From assembly GCF_000217995.1 (NCBI RefSeq), contig NC_015676.1:256103-288102 (forward strand): a stretch of 32,000 nt of DNA, given 5' to 3'. Origin of the DNA: Methanosalsum zhilinae DSM 4017. GTDB taxonomy: Archaea; Halobacteriota; Methanosarcinia; Methanosarcinales; Methanosarcinaceae. Made by a program: the position numbers and the translations under genes. Numbering within the stretch: the stretch's first letter is position 1; each line of letters starts with the position of its first letter. The notes beneath the pieces are model-generated. The model worked only from the letters and a program-made list of their open reading frames with translations, was not told the DNA's origin and did not search any database. Below are positions 21,411 through 30,577 of this stretch, in pieces.

Positions 21411-22247
21411 ATGGCAAAAATAGGATTCATTAAGTTAGGAAATCTGGGTATTAGCCAGGTTATTGAACTGGTACAGGACGAGATAGCAGCCAGAGAGGGA
21501 ATCAGTATCCGTGTCTTTGGAACCGGCCCCAAAATGGGTAAAGATGAAGCTGCGTCTACAGAGCAGTTCAAGGATATGTCATGGGATGCTGATTTTTATG
21601 TTATTATAAGCCCAAACGCCAGTGCTCCCGGCCCCACTGCTGCCCGTGAGATATGGAAGGATGTGCCATGTATCATAGTATCAGACGGTCCAACCAAAAA
21701 AGATGACCGGCAGGCACTGGAAGAAGCTGGATTTGGCTACATTATACTCAAGGTTGATCCTTTAATCGGTGCAAAGACCGAGTTCCTTGATTCCGTAGAG
21801 ATGGCATCATTTAACTCCGATGCAATGAAGGTACTTTCCACATGCGGTGTTGTGAGGCTTATACAGGAGGAACTTGATAAGGTTGTTGAACAGGTGGACG
21901 CAGGCAAATCTGGTTCAGATATAGAATTGCCACATATCCTTGCAAAGCCTGAAGTATGCGTTGAAAGAGCCGGATTTGAGAATCCTTATGCAAAGGCAAA
22001 GGCACTTGCTTCTCTCTTTATGGCTGAGAAGGTAGCACAGATAAATTTCCCTGCCTGCTTTATGATGAAGGAGCTTGAAGACGTTGCACTGACCACTGCC
22101 ACAGGTCATGAAATGATGCGCGCAGCAGCAGAACTTGCAGTGCAGGCCCGGGAAATTGAAAAGATAAACGATACCGTTTCAAGGCATCCCCATTCCAAGA
22201 AAGGAAAGGTGCTTTCCAAGACCCGACTCTTTGAAAAACCTGCATGA
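21411..22247 (+). CDS. mtd: F420-dependent methylenetetrahydromethanopterin dehydrogenase
   Basis: 278 aa. N-terminus MAKIGFIKLGNLGISQVIELVQDEIAAREGISIRVFGTGPKMG and the overall length are characteristic of Mtd. Confidence 0.9.
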   Translation: MAKIGFIKLGNLGISQVIELVQDEIAAREGISIRVFGTGPKMGKDEAASTEQFKDMSWDADFYVIISPNASAPGPTAAREIWKDVPCIIVSDGPTKKDDRQALEEAGFGYIILKVDPLIGAKTEFLDSVEMASFNSDAMKVLSTCGVVRLIQEELDKVVEQVDAGKSGSDIELPHILAKPEVCVERAGFENPYAKAKALASLFMAEKVAQINFPACFMMKELEDVALTTATGHEMMRAAAELAVQAREIEKINDTVSRHPHSKKGKVLSKTRLFEKPA

Positions 22248-22269
22248 AGTGCTGTCAAGCACTTTTTTT
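22248..22269. terminator. Hairpin plus T7 tract after mtd
   Basis: AGTGCT-GTCA-AGCACT (22248-22263) is followed directly by TTTTTTT (22263-22269). It abuts the stop codon of the convergent gene. Confidence 0.5.
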
Positions 22270-22870
22270 ATTCTTCTTTTTCTCTTGGCATTGCAATTAT
22301 TTCCCTTATTTGATTACTGAAGAAATCCTTGGAATGTGCAGGCCTTATTACTACTGACACATCAGCTCCATGTCTGGTACCACCAATTGCAATGATCTCA
22401 AGGTCCTTTGATACAGGTATATGCCCCGAATCCGCAGCCATGATGGTAACTTCCACAGCTACCTTGAACCCTTTTCCAAACAATGCTCTTAATGTATCTG
22501 ATATCACATCCAGACGACTGGCTCCACCAAGCCGGTTGGATACTGCCCTTTCAATACCTGAGAACATATGCGATTGAGTGGTAACAACAACTCCCATATC
22601 CTCCAGTTTTTCCATATTTTCTTCATTCATTTCCCACTTTCCTTCTTCACGAAGTCCGTACTGGTGACTCACCGCAATGATCCTTATATTCCCCATCTTT
22701 TCCTGTTCAGCCTTTCTGGCAAGCTTTAGTGCAGTTTCACCGCTGGTACTGGCAACCACTATATAAGCTATCCCAAGTTCTTTTGCCCTTTTGAGTGAGT
22801 CTTCGATCACCTGATCTGTATTTTTCTCGCCCACTTCATCAAAATACTGTATATTTTTTTCCATTATCAT
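22268..22870 (-). CDS. Pyruvate kinase C-terminal (alpha/beta) domain-like protein
   Basis: 200 aa. Contains ELGIAYIVVASTSGETALKLA and IIAIGGT, resembling the stand-alone PK C-terminal-domain proteins common in methanogens. SD GGAGGT lies 2 nt before the ATG at 22870. Confidence 0.65.
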   Translation of the reverse strand: MIMEKNIQYFDEVGEKNTDQVIEDSLKRAKELGIAYIVVASTSGETALKLARKAEQEKMGNIRIIAVSHQYGLREEGKWEMNEENMEKLEDMGVVVTTQSHMFSGIERAVSNRLGGASRLDVISDTLRALFGKGFKVAVEVTIMAADSGHIPVSKDLEIIAIGGTRHGADVSVVIRPAHSKDFFSNQIREIIAMPREKEE

Positions 22871-23001
22871 TTACCTCCTGAGGATTAGTTGTATCTGAAT
22901 ATTGTTATCCATTCAGCTGTAAAAACGATGCTCTTATTTATTAGAATTTACTATATTATATATTTAACAGAATAAGTGGGTAAGTAAACAAAGGTGGTTT
23001 T

Positions 23002-23748
23002 TTGTCGCAAAATACTCATTCTTCGGATGACATAAATATTATTACAGATGAAATAAGATCGCAGAATCCTATACTTATAGAGGGTTTTCCTGGCATAGGT
23101 CTGGTGGGAAACATTGCCAGCCAGCACATAATAGATTCACTGGAAATGGAATATCGAGGCTCTATTGATTCTCGTTTTTTTCCCCCCATTGCAGTGCTGT
23201 ATGAAGGCCTGATCAATATGCCTGTACGTATATATGAAAGTGAGGAACATAACCTTTTACTGGTGGTTTCAGATATTCCCATCAACCCAGCTGTTTCCTA
23301 TGATATAGGTAAAAAACTGATTGAATGGGCAAAATCTATCAATGTAAAGCAGATTATCTCCATTGCCGGCATTGCCACAATGGAAGATGAAACAAAAGTC
23401 TTTGGTGCAGCAACCGATGAAAATATGCTTAATATGATCAAGGATAATGTGGAAATCTTCCAGATGGGTACAATATCCGGAATATCCGGCAGTGTAATGA
23501 CTGAATGCATGATACAGAAAATGCCTGCAATAAGCCTGCTTGGAGGGACCCAGACTCAGAATCCGGACCCCAGAGCGGCGGCAGCAGTTGTTGAAGCCCT
23601 AAATAAACTCTATGACTTTTCGATAGATACAGAAAGTTTGTTTGAACAGGCAGAAAAAATAGAACTTGAAATGCAGAGACTTGCAGAGGAAGTCAAGTCA
23701 AGTGAAGAAGGACAGCAGCCAAGAAAAGAATTCCCCATGTATGGGTGA
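23002..23748 (+). CDS. PAC2-family proteasome assembly chaperone (PbaA-like)
   Basis: 248 aa. Contains IEGFPGIGLVGNIASQHII. The C-terminal ...FPMYG fits a hydrophobic-Tyr-X (HbYX) tail. TTG start at 23002 is preceded by AAGGTGG. Confidence 0.8.
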   Translation: MSQNTHSSDDINIITDEIRSQNPILIEGFPGIGLVGNIASQHIIDSLEMEYRGSIDSRFFPPIAVLYEGLINMPVRIYESEEHNLLLVVSDIPINPAVSYDIGKKLIEWAKSINVKQIISIAGIATMEDETKVFGAATDENMLNMIKDNVEIFQMGTISGISGSVMTECMIQKMPAISLLGGTQTQNPDPRAAAAVVEALNKLYDFSIDTESLFEQAEKIELEMQRLAEEVKSSEEGQQPRKEFPMYG

Positions 23749-23752
23749 TACT

Positions 23753-24142
23753 ATGAACTATGTAGCATTAACTGGAATTTCAGAAAATGTCGTTCGCCAG
23801 CTGCGTGATAATGTTCTGCTGACTATTGAGATCCGTAATCCTAAAAATTTCTATTCTGCGCTTAAACTAAATGTTGGTGATTACGTACTGTTAACTTCAA
23901 CCGGTGCAGAGGACGTTCGTAAAGGTACTGCTGGTATTGTATGCAAGGTGATGAAGCACCAGGTATCGACCCACAGGATGGTCCAGGCCAATGGGATGTT
24001 TTATGAAGAACGTGAGATGACAATGGCACGATTGCAGCTAAATCCTAAGGGTTCGGCCCGCATAACCAAGATAAATTCCAATGGTTTGGGTGAAGTGTCA
24101 TGTGTAGAAGCAGAACTGATCACCTGCTACGATGCCCGCTAA
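23753..24142 (+). CDS. Conserved-looking hypothetical protein (129 aa), translationally coupled to the PAC2 gene
   Basis: ATG at 23753 lies 4 nt after the PAC2 stop codon. MNYVALTGISENVVRQLRDNVLLTIEIRN... has non-repetitive, ordinary composition. I do not recognise the family. Confidence 0.55.
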   Translation: MNYVALTGISENVVRQLRDNVLLTIEIRNPKNFYSALKLNVGDYVLLTSTGAEDVRKGTAGIVCKVMKHQVSTHRMVQANGMFYEEREMTMARLQLNPKGSARITKINSNGLGEVSCVEAELITCYDAR

Positions 24143-24178
24143 AATACACTTTTCAGGACTGAAAGTTCTGGATTGAAA

Positions 24179-24193
24179 TTTTTTATTTTTTTT
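24179..24193 (+). terminator. Oligo-T terminator (T6-A-T8)
   Basis: TTTTTTATTTTTTTT lies ~35 nt after the stop codon of the 129-aa ORF. Confidence 0.45.
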
Positions 24194-24346
24194 GAGCATA
24201 TTATTTTCCTCAATACTCATTCCAGATAATTTATTTTTGATACTGTTATCTACTTACTTCTGTTGTAGCCATTCCATGGATATAGATAAATTTATAAAGT
24301 TTGAATCAGTTCATCTTTTAAAATTTAATAACTAAAAACATTAAAT

Positions 24347-24357
24347 AATTTATAAAG
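24347..24357 (+). promoter_or_regulatory. Candidate TATA element for the surface-protein operon (proximal of two identical copies)
   Basis: AATTTATAAAG occurs at 24347-24357 (36 nt before the ATG at 24393) and identically at 24289-24299. Confidence 0.35.
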
Positions 24358-24392
24358 ATGCATCATGTCTTACAATTAGAAGAGGTCCAATA

Positions 24393-26405
24393 ATGAATAT
24401 AATCTCAGGATCAAATTTCAAATTTATCAAATATCCAATCATGTTGATTTTTATAATTACTATATCAACAGGCAGTGTGGGAGGAGCTGTTTATGAATTA
24501 CATTCTGCTGAAGAACTAATCATTAAAGATCAAACAGTAAAGGCGGAAGCTGAGGATATTGAATTGTTTAGATTTAATCTATCTGCAGATAATAATGAGA
24601 TACTTCATTCCGTATCTTTTAAAATAACCGATGAAGGAACAGGGGTAAAAAATACTGACATCTCAGGCGCCTCTATTTATTACTCGATGGATGGAATTAG
24701 TTTAGATGAGAAAGTTGGACATGTAAGTTCAGATGAGATCAATATCGATTCAATTACCGAGGTTATTGTTAACGATGAATTAAATTCTGAGGGAAAATGG
24801 TACATTGCTACGATTGATACGAGTTCAAACTGGTCTGATGAAGAACCTGCAGATTCAATTAAAATTCAAATTTATTCAGGAACTAATACTTATAAATTAG
24901 GTTTAGGACAGGGAACAATAGGTGCTACTGGTCTTGTAGGTAAGAATCTACTTATTGCAGATACAACACCACCTTTTTTTCATGAAGTTAGTTCTGATAG
25001 CTATTACTATAGAGAAGGCAATTCAATTTATCTTTCTGCAAATCTATCCGAAAGTGGATTGCTTGTTACTGCTGATTTAAGCGAAATTGATAATGATATG
25101 TCATCTGATTTTGTTTTGACCGATAATGAAGATGGAACTTATTCAGCTATAACTCCACCATTAGGAAATAATACTGAAGAAGGTGAGATAAAAGTAGTTT
25201 TTGCGGCTTTAGATAAAGCTGGAAATAGTTGCTTAAATGATTCTTTAAAAATATTTGTGGATAATAAAAGACCAAGTATATTCAACATTTCATCTATGAA
25301 TGAGTCTGGCTGGTACAGATCCGGTGATATCATTGATATTGCTGTGGAGTTCTGTGAGATTGTGGAGGTTGAGGGATCACCTGTTCTGGAGATAGATGGT
25401 GGTGGTCGGGAGGCTGTGTATAGAGAAGGGAGTGGGACCGAGTTTCTGGTGTTTGAGTATGTTGTGAAGGAAGATGATGAGTCTGGTGAGCTTAATTATG
25501 CAAGTGTTGATTCTCTGAGCCTGGGTGAGGGCAATATTACTGATCTGGCCGGTAATGAGGCATTTCTTGAACTGCCTGGTCCGGAAGATCCAGACTCTCT
25601 GGTTGGCGCAGGTATATTTATTGATAATGAGGTTCCACACGCAGATACAGGTGTGGATAAACTGGACGTACATGCAGGTGTTGCTTTTGAACTCGATGGC
25701 AAATCATCCTATGACGAAGTGTCTGGTATTGAGTCATATCAGTGGGATATGGGAGATGGTAATATTTCTGACGGTAACAGAGTATCCTATACATTTTACG
25801 AACCTGGTACATATAATGTGACACTTACTGTAAAAGACAGAGCCGGGAACATGGCATCCAGTTCAATGGATTTGATGGTGGAACTCATGTCCTATGATCT
25901 GGAACTGGATGAAGGCTGGAATCTTATATCATCACCTTTTTTTATCAATAACAGGCAAATATCTTCTGTCCTCGAAGATCTGGATGGTCTAAGATCGGTC
26001 TGGACATACAATACAGAATCCCGTGAGTGGGTATCCTATAAACCCGGACTGGAGTATACAGGTGCACTTGAATCAATAGATCCAGGCAGAGGATACTGGA
26101 TTGAAATGGATGAACCTGAAACCTTTACATTCAGGGGTTCTCTCTGGACACAGGAACAGAGATCTCTGCAATATCCGGTCCACATGGGTTGGAATTTAAT
26201 AGGTCTTCACTCGCATGATCAGGAAGAAGCTGAAGGGTATCTGTCAGCTATCTCTGGAAACTATTCTCCCACAATCCACAGCTACCAGGATGGCAACTGG
26301 TATATGATAGATGATGATAATACAAGTAAATCCATTCTCAAACCGGGCTCAGGTTACTGGATATATCTGCATGAAGATGACATGCTGACCAGATTTAAAG
26401 ATTGA
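24393..26405 (+). CDS. Secreted/cell-surface protein with a PKD domain and duplicated C-terminal GW-type modules
   Basis: 670 aa. N-terminal signal anchor (YPIMLIFIITISTGSVGG). PKD signature YQWDMGDGNISDGNRVSYTFYEPGTYNVTLTVKDRAGN at ~nt 25665-25880. Two C-terminal modules each carry GWNLI...PGxGYWI. Confidence 0.8.
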   Translation: MNIISGSNFKFIKYPIMLIFIITISTGSVGGAVYELHSAEELIIKDQTVKAEAEDIELFRFNLSADNNEILHSVSFKITDEGTGVKNTDISGASIYYSMDGISLDEKVGHVSSDEINIDSITEVIVNDELNSEGKWYIATIDTSSNWSDEEPADSIKIQIYSGTNTYKLGLGQGTIGATGLVGKNLLIADTTPPFFHEVSSDSYYYREGNSIYLSANLSESGLLVTADLSEIDNDMSSDFVLTDNEDGTYSAITPPLGNNTEEGEIKVVFAALDKAGNSCLNDSLKIFVDNKRPSIFNISSMNESGWYRSGDIIDIAVEFCEIVEVEGSPVLEIDGGGREAVYREGSGTEFLVFEYVVKEDDESGELNYASVDSLSLGEGNITDLAGNEAFLELPGPEDPDSLVGAGIFIDNEVPHADTGVDKLDVHAGVAFELDGKSSYDEVSGIESYQWDMGDGNISDGNRVSYTFYEPGTYNVTLTVKDRAGNMASSSMDLMVELMSYDLELDEGWNLISSPFFINNRQISSVLEDLDGLRSVWTYNTESREWVSYKPGLEYTGALESIDPGRGYWIEMDEPETFTFRGSLWTQEQRSLQYPVHMGWNLIGLHSHDQEEAEGYLSAISGNYSPTIHSYQDGNWYMIDDDNTSKSILKPGSGYWIYLHEDDMLTRFKD

Positions 26406-26408
26406 TAA

Positions 26409-27620
26409 ATGAATGATCTGACTCTTTGGATGGCATCCATGTATTCGAAGAAATTTCAAAAAAAATTTGTATATGTAACGCTTTTTTCAATTTTTCTTAT
26501 CCTGATGTTATTTCCGGTAATGGTAGCCTCTGAATCAGATATTCCCTCTATTCCTGAAAGATTTTATGGACAGGTGTATATAGACGGTGACATTGCAGAT
26601 GATGGAACTGTTGTATCTGCATGGATCAATGGTACTGAGGTTGAATCACAGCAGACGTATAATGGAAGCTATGGGCATTCTACTGAATTTCACGTACATG
26701 GAAATAATGGTGATGAAGTCGTGTTCAGAGTAGATGATTCCATGGCAACCACACATTATCTAATCCAGGGCAGTATATCAGAACTTGATCTGGATATTAT
26801 CATTGATGATGGTACTGATAAATCCACAGATCTAACCACAGGCTTTTCAGGCGGGTCAAAAGTGTCTGAGAACATTGGAGGGTTGTATGATCTTGTATTC
26901 TCTGGAAAAGGGTCTCTGAAAGCTGAATATGATGATAATGTGCTTTTAAGAGAGATAAAATCAGGATATGTTGAAGACGAAATGAGGACCGAATATATAT
27001 TTGATCGCCACAGCGCTGATTTGAATCCAGCACGCGAAGTTGAAATTACTTCCAGTGGATATGCAGGCTCAATGGTAATGGTGGTCGAGGTTCTCAAAGA
27101 TGTATCCCGGCGAACATCTGTACCTCCCGGAAATATTTATCAGAATCTGCATATATGGGCATGGAATGGCTGTGTTGTTGATGGTCTTATACACAATCCC
27201 ATAATTCATTTTTCGGTAAAGAAATCATGGTTGACTGAATATGATATCCAGCCAAATGAAATTTATCTTCTTGGATATGATCCAATATCTAAAAAATGGC
27301 AACAGGCCCACACCGTTTATGCAAGTGAATGTGAAAACTATTATCATTTCCATGCCGCTGTTTTCAGGTTATCTTATTTTGCCATTGTATCCATAAACGA
27401 AGATATATATACAAAAGGAGATGCTGAAATCAATACTGGAAAAACCACTCCAGACCATGAAACAATAGATCAGAGCTTTGAGGATGACAGCCAACTAGAG
27501 GACCTGAAGATACATGCATTGGTCAGGTCACTGGGATTTGGGACAATTATATTTCTGACCTTGCTGTCAATGCTTTCCATCATAGCTGTTTATGGATATG
27601 CATATGAAAAGATGGAATGA
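26409..27620 (+). CDS. Surface protein with a PGF-pre-PGF-like domain and C-terminal membrane anchor
   Basis: 403 aa. Starts 4 nt after the preceding gene's stop codon and has an N-terminal TM/signal. IPERFYGQVYIDGDIADDGTVVSAWINGTEV is an Ig-like module typical of such proteins. HFSVKKSWLTEYDIQPNEIYLLGYDPISKKWQQAHT...YYHFHAAVFRLSYFAIV resembles the PGF-pre-PGF domain. The C-terminus is LGFGTIIFLTLLSMLSIIAVYGYAYEKME. Confidence 0.7.
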   Translation: MNDLTLWMASMYSKKFQKKFVYVTLFSIFLILMLFPVMVASESDIPSIPERFYGQVYIDGDIADDGTVVSAWINGTEVESQQTYNGSYGHSTEFHVHGNNGDEVVFRVDDSMATTHYLIQGSISELDLDIIIDDGTDKSTDLTTGFSGGSKVSENIGGLYDLVFSGKGSLKAEYDDNVLLREIKSGYVEDEMRTEYIFDRHSADLNPAREVEITSSGYAGSMVMVVEVLKDVSRRTSVPPGNIYQNLHIWAWNGCVVDGLIHNPIIHFSVKKSWLTEYDIQPNEIYLLGYDPISKKWQQAHTVYASECENYYHFHAAVFRLSYFAIVSINEDIYTKGDAEINTGKTTPDHETIDQSFEDDSQLEDLKIHALVRSLGFGTIIFLTLLSMLSIIAVYGYAYEKME

Positions 27621-27653
27621 AACAACTTAAAAAAGATCAATCTACTTTTATAT

Positions 27654-28286
27654 TTAATCAGATGTTTTGGGGATCAAGGACAGCCCTGCTTCTATTTTTG
27701 CTGCCACTGACTGGGAGATTCCGACAGGCATTTCATGATCGCTGTATCCAGTGTGCTTCCTTGAACCTTTACAACCCACTGAAATTGCCAGTCCCTTCTG
27801 TAAAGGCAGAATTGTACAGTCAGCACAGACAGAGGCAGCTCCGATAGTATTGATATTTACTCTCTCGCCTGTATAGTATGAATATGCCTGTACCACTTTC
27901 ATTGCTTTTTCAGGGGTCAGATATAGGACCATTACATCAAAATATCCATTGTTAGCATGAAGTGGCTCTATTTTGATCGGATATGCGCAAGTATCTTTTC
28001 TGGGCAGGGATTCTGCAGCCATCTGTGCAATATCTCTGCTGGCGTATCTGCCGGATTTGAAATAATATTCGGATGGCACATGGTCATCTGCTCCAAGAAT
28101 GTATGATCCAACCCTGCACCTCTGATCAGATATCTGAAATGATTCCCCATAACGTGCATTTAATACAAGTTCACAGAAAAGTTTATCTGATCGGGACCCT
28201 ACGATCTTATTATCGTTGAAAATTATACATACAGGTTCGCCACTGCTCATCAGACCCGCAAGGCATGAAAATTCGCTACTGTTCAT
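27654..28286 (-). CDS. DUF169-like protein (COG2043 family)
   Basis: Start chosen at MNSSEFSCLAG (ATG at 28286), which overlaps the nfi stop by 11 nt. 210 aa and Cys-rich (CADCTILP, VGCKGSRKHTGY). Family assignment is from memory. Confidence 0.65.
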   Translation of the reverse strand: MNSSEFSCLAGLMSSGEPVCIIFNDNKIVGSRSDKLFCELVLNARYGESFQISDQRCRVGSYILGADDHVPSEYYFKSGRYASRDIAQMAAESLPRKDTCAYPIKIEPLHANNGYFDVMVLYLTPEKAMKVVQAYSYYTGERVNINTIGAASVCADCTILPLQKGLAISVGCKGSRKHTGYSDHEMPVGISQSVAAKIEAGLSLIPKTSD

Positions 28287-28965
28287 GTTTGATCTCCTGT
28301 TTAATTCTACCTGCCTCCAGATGGGCGTTTCTGGTGGTTTCCGGGAGCTTGTATCCGCGAAGGCAGTTTCTAACAACTGTAAGGGAGGTTTTTACAGATA
28401 CTCTATGACCTGGAGCTATTACAATAGGGTTGCTTCTTTTTGATGATTTTAAGTACCATCCAACCTGTCTGCCATTATATTTCAGTGGTTTTGCATCACT
28501 TACATTTTGTGGCTCATCTGAAACCCCGCAAAGAATCTTCTTTGCAATTCCTATGGTAGGCATATCCATAGATACTCCTATATGTGTAGCAAGACCTGCC
28601 ATACGTGGATGATTGATGCCACAGCCATCGATCATGAGTATATCCGGAATGTTTTTTAGTCTCAGAACTGCATTGATCATTGGAGCTGCTTCCCTGAATG
28701 AGAGGAATGTTGGTATGTAGGGAAAAGTTACAGGTTCAATAACTGCTGCTTTTTCAATAATTTCCATGGTGTCGTAGTCCATAACAACAGCAGAACATAT
28801 GATCGAATCTTTGACAAATGCACAATCAGCCCCTCCTATGAGATGCAGTTTATCGAAACGATCTTCAATAGTAACATATTCTGATATTTCATGCTGTATC
28901 TTGATCAGTGAATCTCTTTCATATGATTCAGGATATATTAACTGGGTTTTGTTAAGCCTGTTCAA
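28276..28965 (-). CDS. nfi: Endonuclease V
   Basis: 229 aa. Contains IGGADCAF (catalytic Asp region), IDGCGINHPR, PTIGIAK and APGHRVS. Ends in TAG. Its start overlaps the sepS stop by 14 nt. Confidence 0.85.
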   Translation of the reverse strand: MNRLNKTQLIYPESYERDSLIKIQHEISEYVTIEDRFDKLHLIGGADCAFVKDSIICSAVVMDYDTMEIIEKAAVIEPVTFPYIPTFLSFREAAPMINAVLRLKNIPDILMIDGCGINHPRMAGLATHIGVSMDMPTIGIAKKILCGVSDEPQNVSDAKPLKYNGRQVGWYLKSSKRSNPIVIAPGHRVSVKTSLTVVRNCLRGYKLPETTRNAHLEAGRIKQEIKHEQ

Positions 28966-30577
28966 TCGTTGCCCTCACTGTAATGAATACAGGTCCTCTG
29001 ATATCTATTCTCTTTTTAATCCCTGTAATATACCGATGTGCCAGAGAGTCTATCCTGATATTGATCTCTGAGGGTACTTTGACAATACGAACTCTTGTTT
29101 CCATTTCAGGATCGCCGTTCTCCACAGCTTTTTCGATATCTCTTGCAGCTTTTGCTGCAAAAGCGTCAATGAACCTGATTCCGGTACATGAAGCATTATT
29201 TTCAAATGCTCGGGCCCATTTTTTGGAACGTGGCAGACCCAGTATATCATTTTCAAAGACAACAATTTCATTAAATACAGCAGGTCCGCAAAGTTTGGTA
29301 TTCTCCTCCGGCTCTGTAACATACACTGATACTCTTTTATTGTCAATTGATCCTTCCCATGCCAGAAATTCACATGGGCTTTGAGTGTCTCCATGTTCCT
29401 GACAGGTATGTACCAGCGATTGTAATATCTGTTCGCCATGAGGAGTAAGTGGTACTCTGTCTACATATATCAGCTTTGCAATCTCGCTATCTTTCATTTT
29501 CCAGCTGGAATATTGTGGCATGTGGGGATATGAAAGTGATCTTACATCATTTCCATTGTGAAGGATCATTGCTATTCTTTCTACGCCCAGCCCCAGATTC
29601 ATTACTGGATAGGGGATATCATACATACAAAGTGCAGTAGGCGAATATATGCCAAAAGTTGCAATTTCAATCCATCCGTCACTATACTTGGTATTGGAGT
29701 TTTCAAGTTCCGGATGATATGCAAATACTTCAATCTGCGTATCAGGGATATAATACTTGCTTCGCTTCTCATCCGGCACAAACTTGAACTTTTCGAAACC
29801 AAACTGGGATAGCAGACCCTCAGCTACAGCTTTTCCAACATCGGAATTGATATTTTCATCCATGATCACACAGGATGCAGAATGATAGGTTATGAGCCTT
29901 GAAGGATCCTCCTGCTGTTCCCTTCTGAAGCATCGATCAATGGAAAACAGTTTCATAGGTGGCTTTTTTCTCCCTGCAATTGACGCAAGTGAAATGAACC
30001 AGCCTGATGTCATGTGGCTTCTGAGGGTGCGATTTGTAGGCTCAGGGATAAGTTCTTTAAATTCCGGGAATACCCGATCGATCATCTCAGCAACCTTTGA
30101 GTCAGATACATTAAGACCCTTAGAGACCTCATGTATCAGGTCATCACCTTCAATTTCACCTCTTTTATATCTGTGAAGTATAGATCTGATAAGTTCTATA
30201 TCTTGATCCCCTACAGATCCCAGTATCTGCTGGATATTTTTCACTTTTTCATCAGAAATGCCTACGTTTGGTCTTGGAAGACCTGCAAGATAGAAACATC
30301 TGTCAAGTACTGCCAGTGCCTCATGACCAAACTGTTTGTGAACATCCTTTTCATCAACGATCAGAGGATTCATTATTTCATCAAAGCCCATTCTCATGTA
30401 AGCTTCCCTCAGTCTGTGAATAGTATCATATACAGGGTGAGGTTTGCCGTATTCCATTGTGATACGGGGGTACTGTTCATTTAGACCCGGTCTTTTAATA
30501 AATTCAGTACTTTTTCTCCAGGCAGAATCAAAATCCTGTCGACTGTGCTCCCTGGTTTTCCTAGGATCAAATTTCAT
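28952..30577 (-). CDS. sepS: O-phosphoseryl-tRNA(Cys) synthetase (SepRS)
   Basis: Start at MKFDPRKTREH (ATG at 30577). Contains HPVYDTIHRLREAYMRMGFDE, ALAVLDRCFYLAGLPRPNVGIS, RSHMTSGWF, FSIDRCFRREQ, KYSDGWIEIATFGIYSPTAL and PYPVMNLGLGVER, which match known SepRS sequences closely. Confidence 0.93.
   Translation of the reverse strand: MKFDPRKTREHSRQDFDSAWRKSTEFIKRPGLNEQYPRITMEYGKPHPVYDTIHRLREAYMRMGFDEIMNPLIVDEKDVHKQFGHEALAVLDRCFYLAGLPRPNVGISDEKVKNIQQILGSVGDQDIELIRSILHRYKRGEIEGDDLIHEVSKGLNVSDSKVAEMIDRVFPEFKELIPEPTNRTLRSHMTSGWFISLASIAGRKKPPMKLFSIDRCFRREQQEDPSRLITYHSASCVIMDENINSDVGKAVAEGLLSQFGFEKFKFVPDEKRSKYYIPDTQIEVFAYHPELENSNTKYSDGWIEIATFGIYSPTALCMYDIPYPVMNLGLGVERIAMILHNGNDVRSLSYPHMPQYSSWKMKDSEIAKLIYVDRVPLTPHGEQILQSLVHTCQEHGDTQSPCEFLAWEGSIDNKRVSVYVTEPEENTKLCGPAVFNEIVVFENDILGLPRSKKWARAFENNASCTGIRFIDAFAAKAARDIEKAVENGDPEMETRVRIVKVPSEINIRIDSLAHRYITGIKKRIDIRGPVFITVRATIEQA

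Noticed and set aside
28210-28278. TAG stop of nfi as a possible pyrrolysine read-through in a Pyl-using lineage
   Set aside because: In-frame continuation adds only 22 codons before a TAA, overlaps the DUF169-like gene and has no EndoV-like sequence. It is treated as an ordinary stop.
28287-28376. 30-codon extension of the DUF169-like ORF (and similarly 30578-30604 for SepRS, 23666-23752 for the 129-aa ORF)
   Set aside because: The extensions lie inside the preceding gene's coding sequence. The internal ATGs give N-termini matching homologues (MKFDP... for SepRS) and short, typical operon overlaps.
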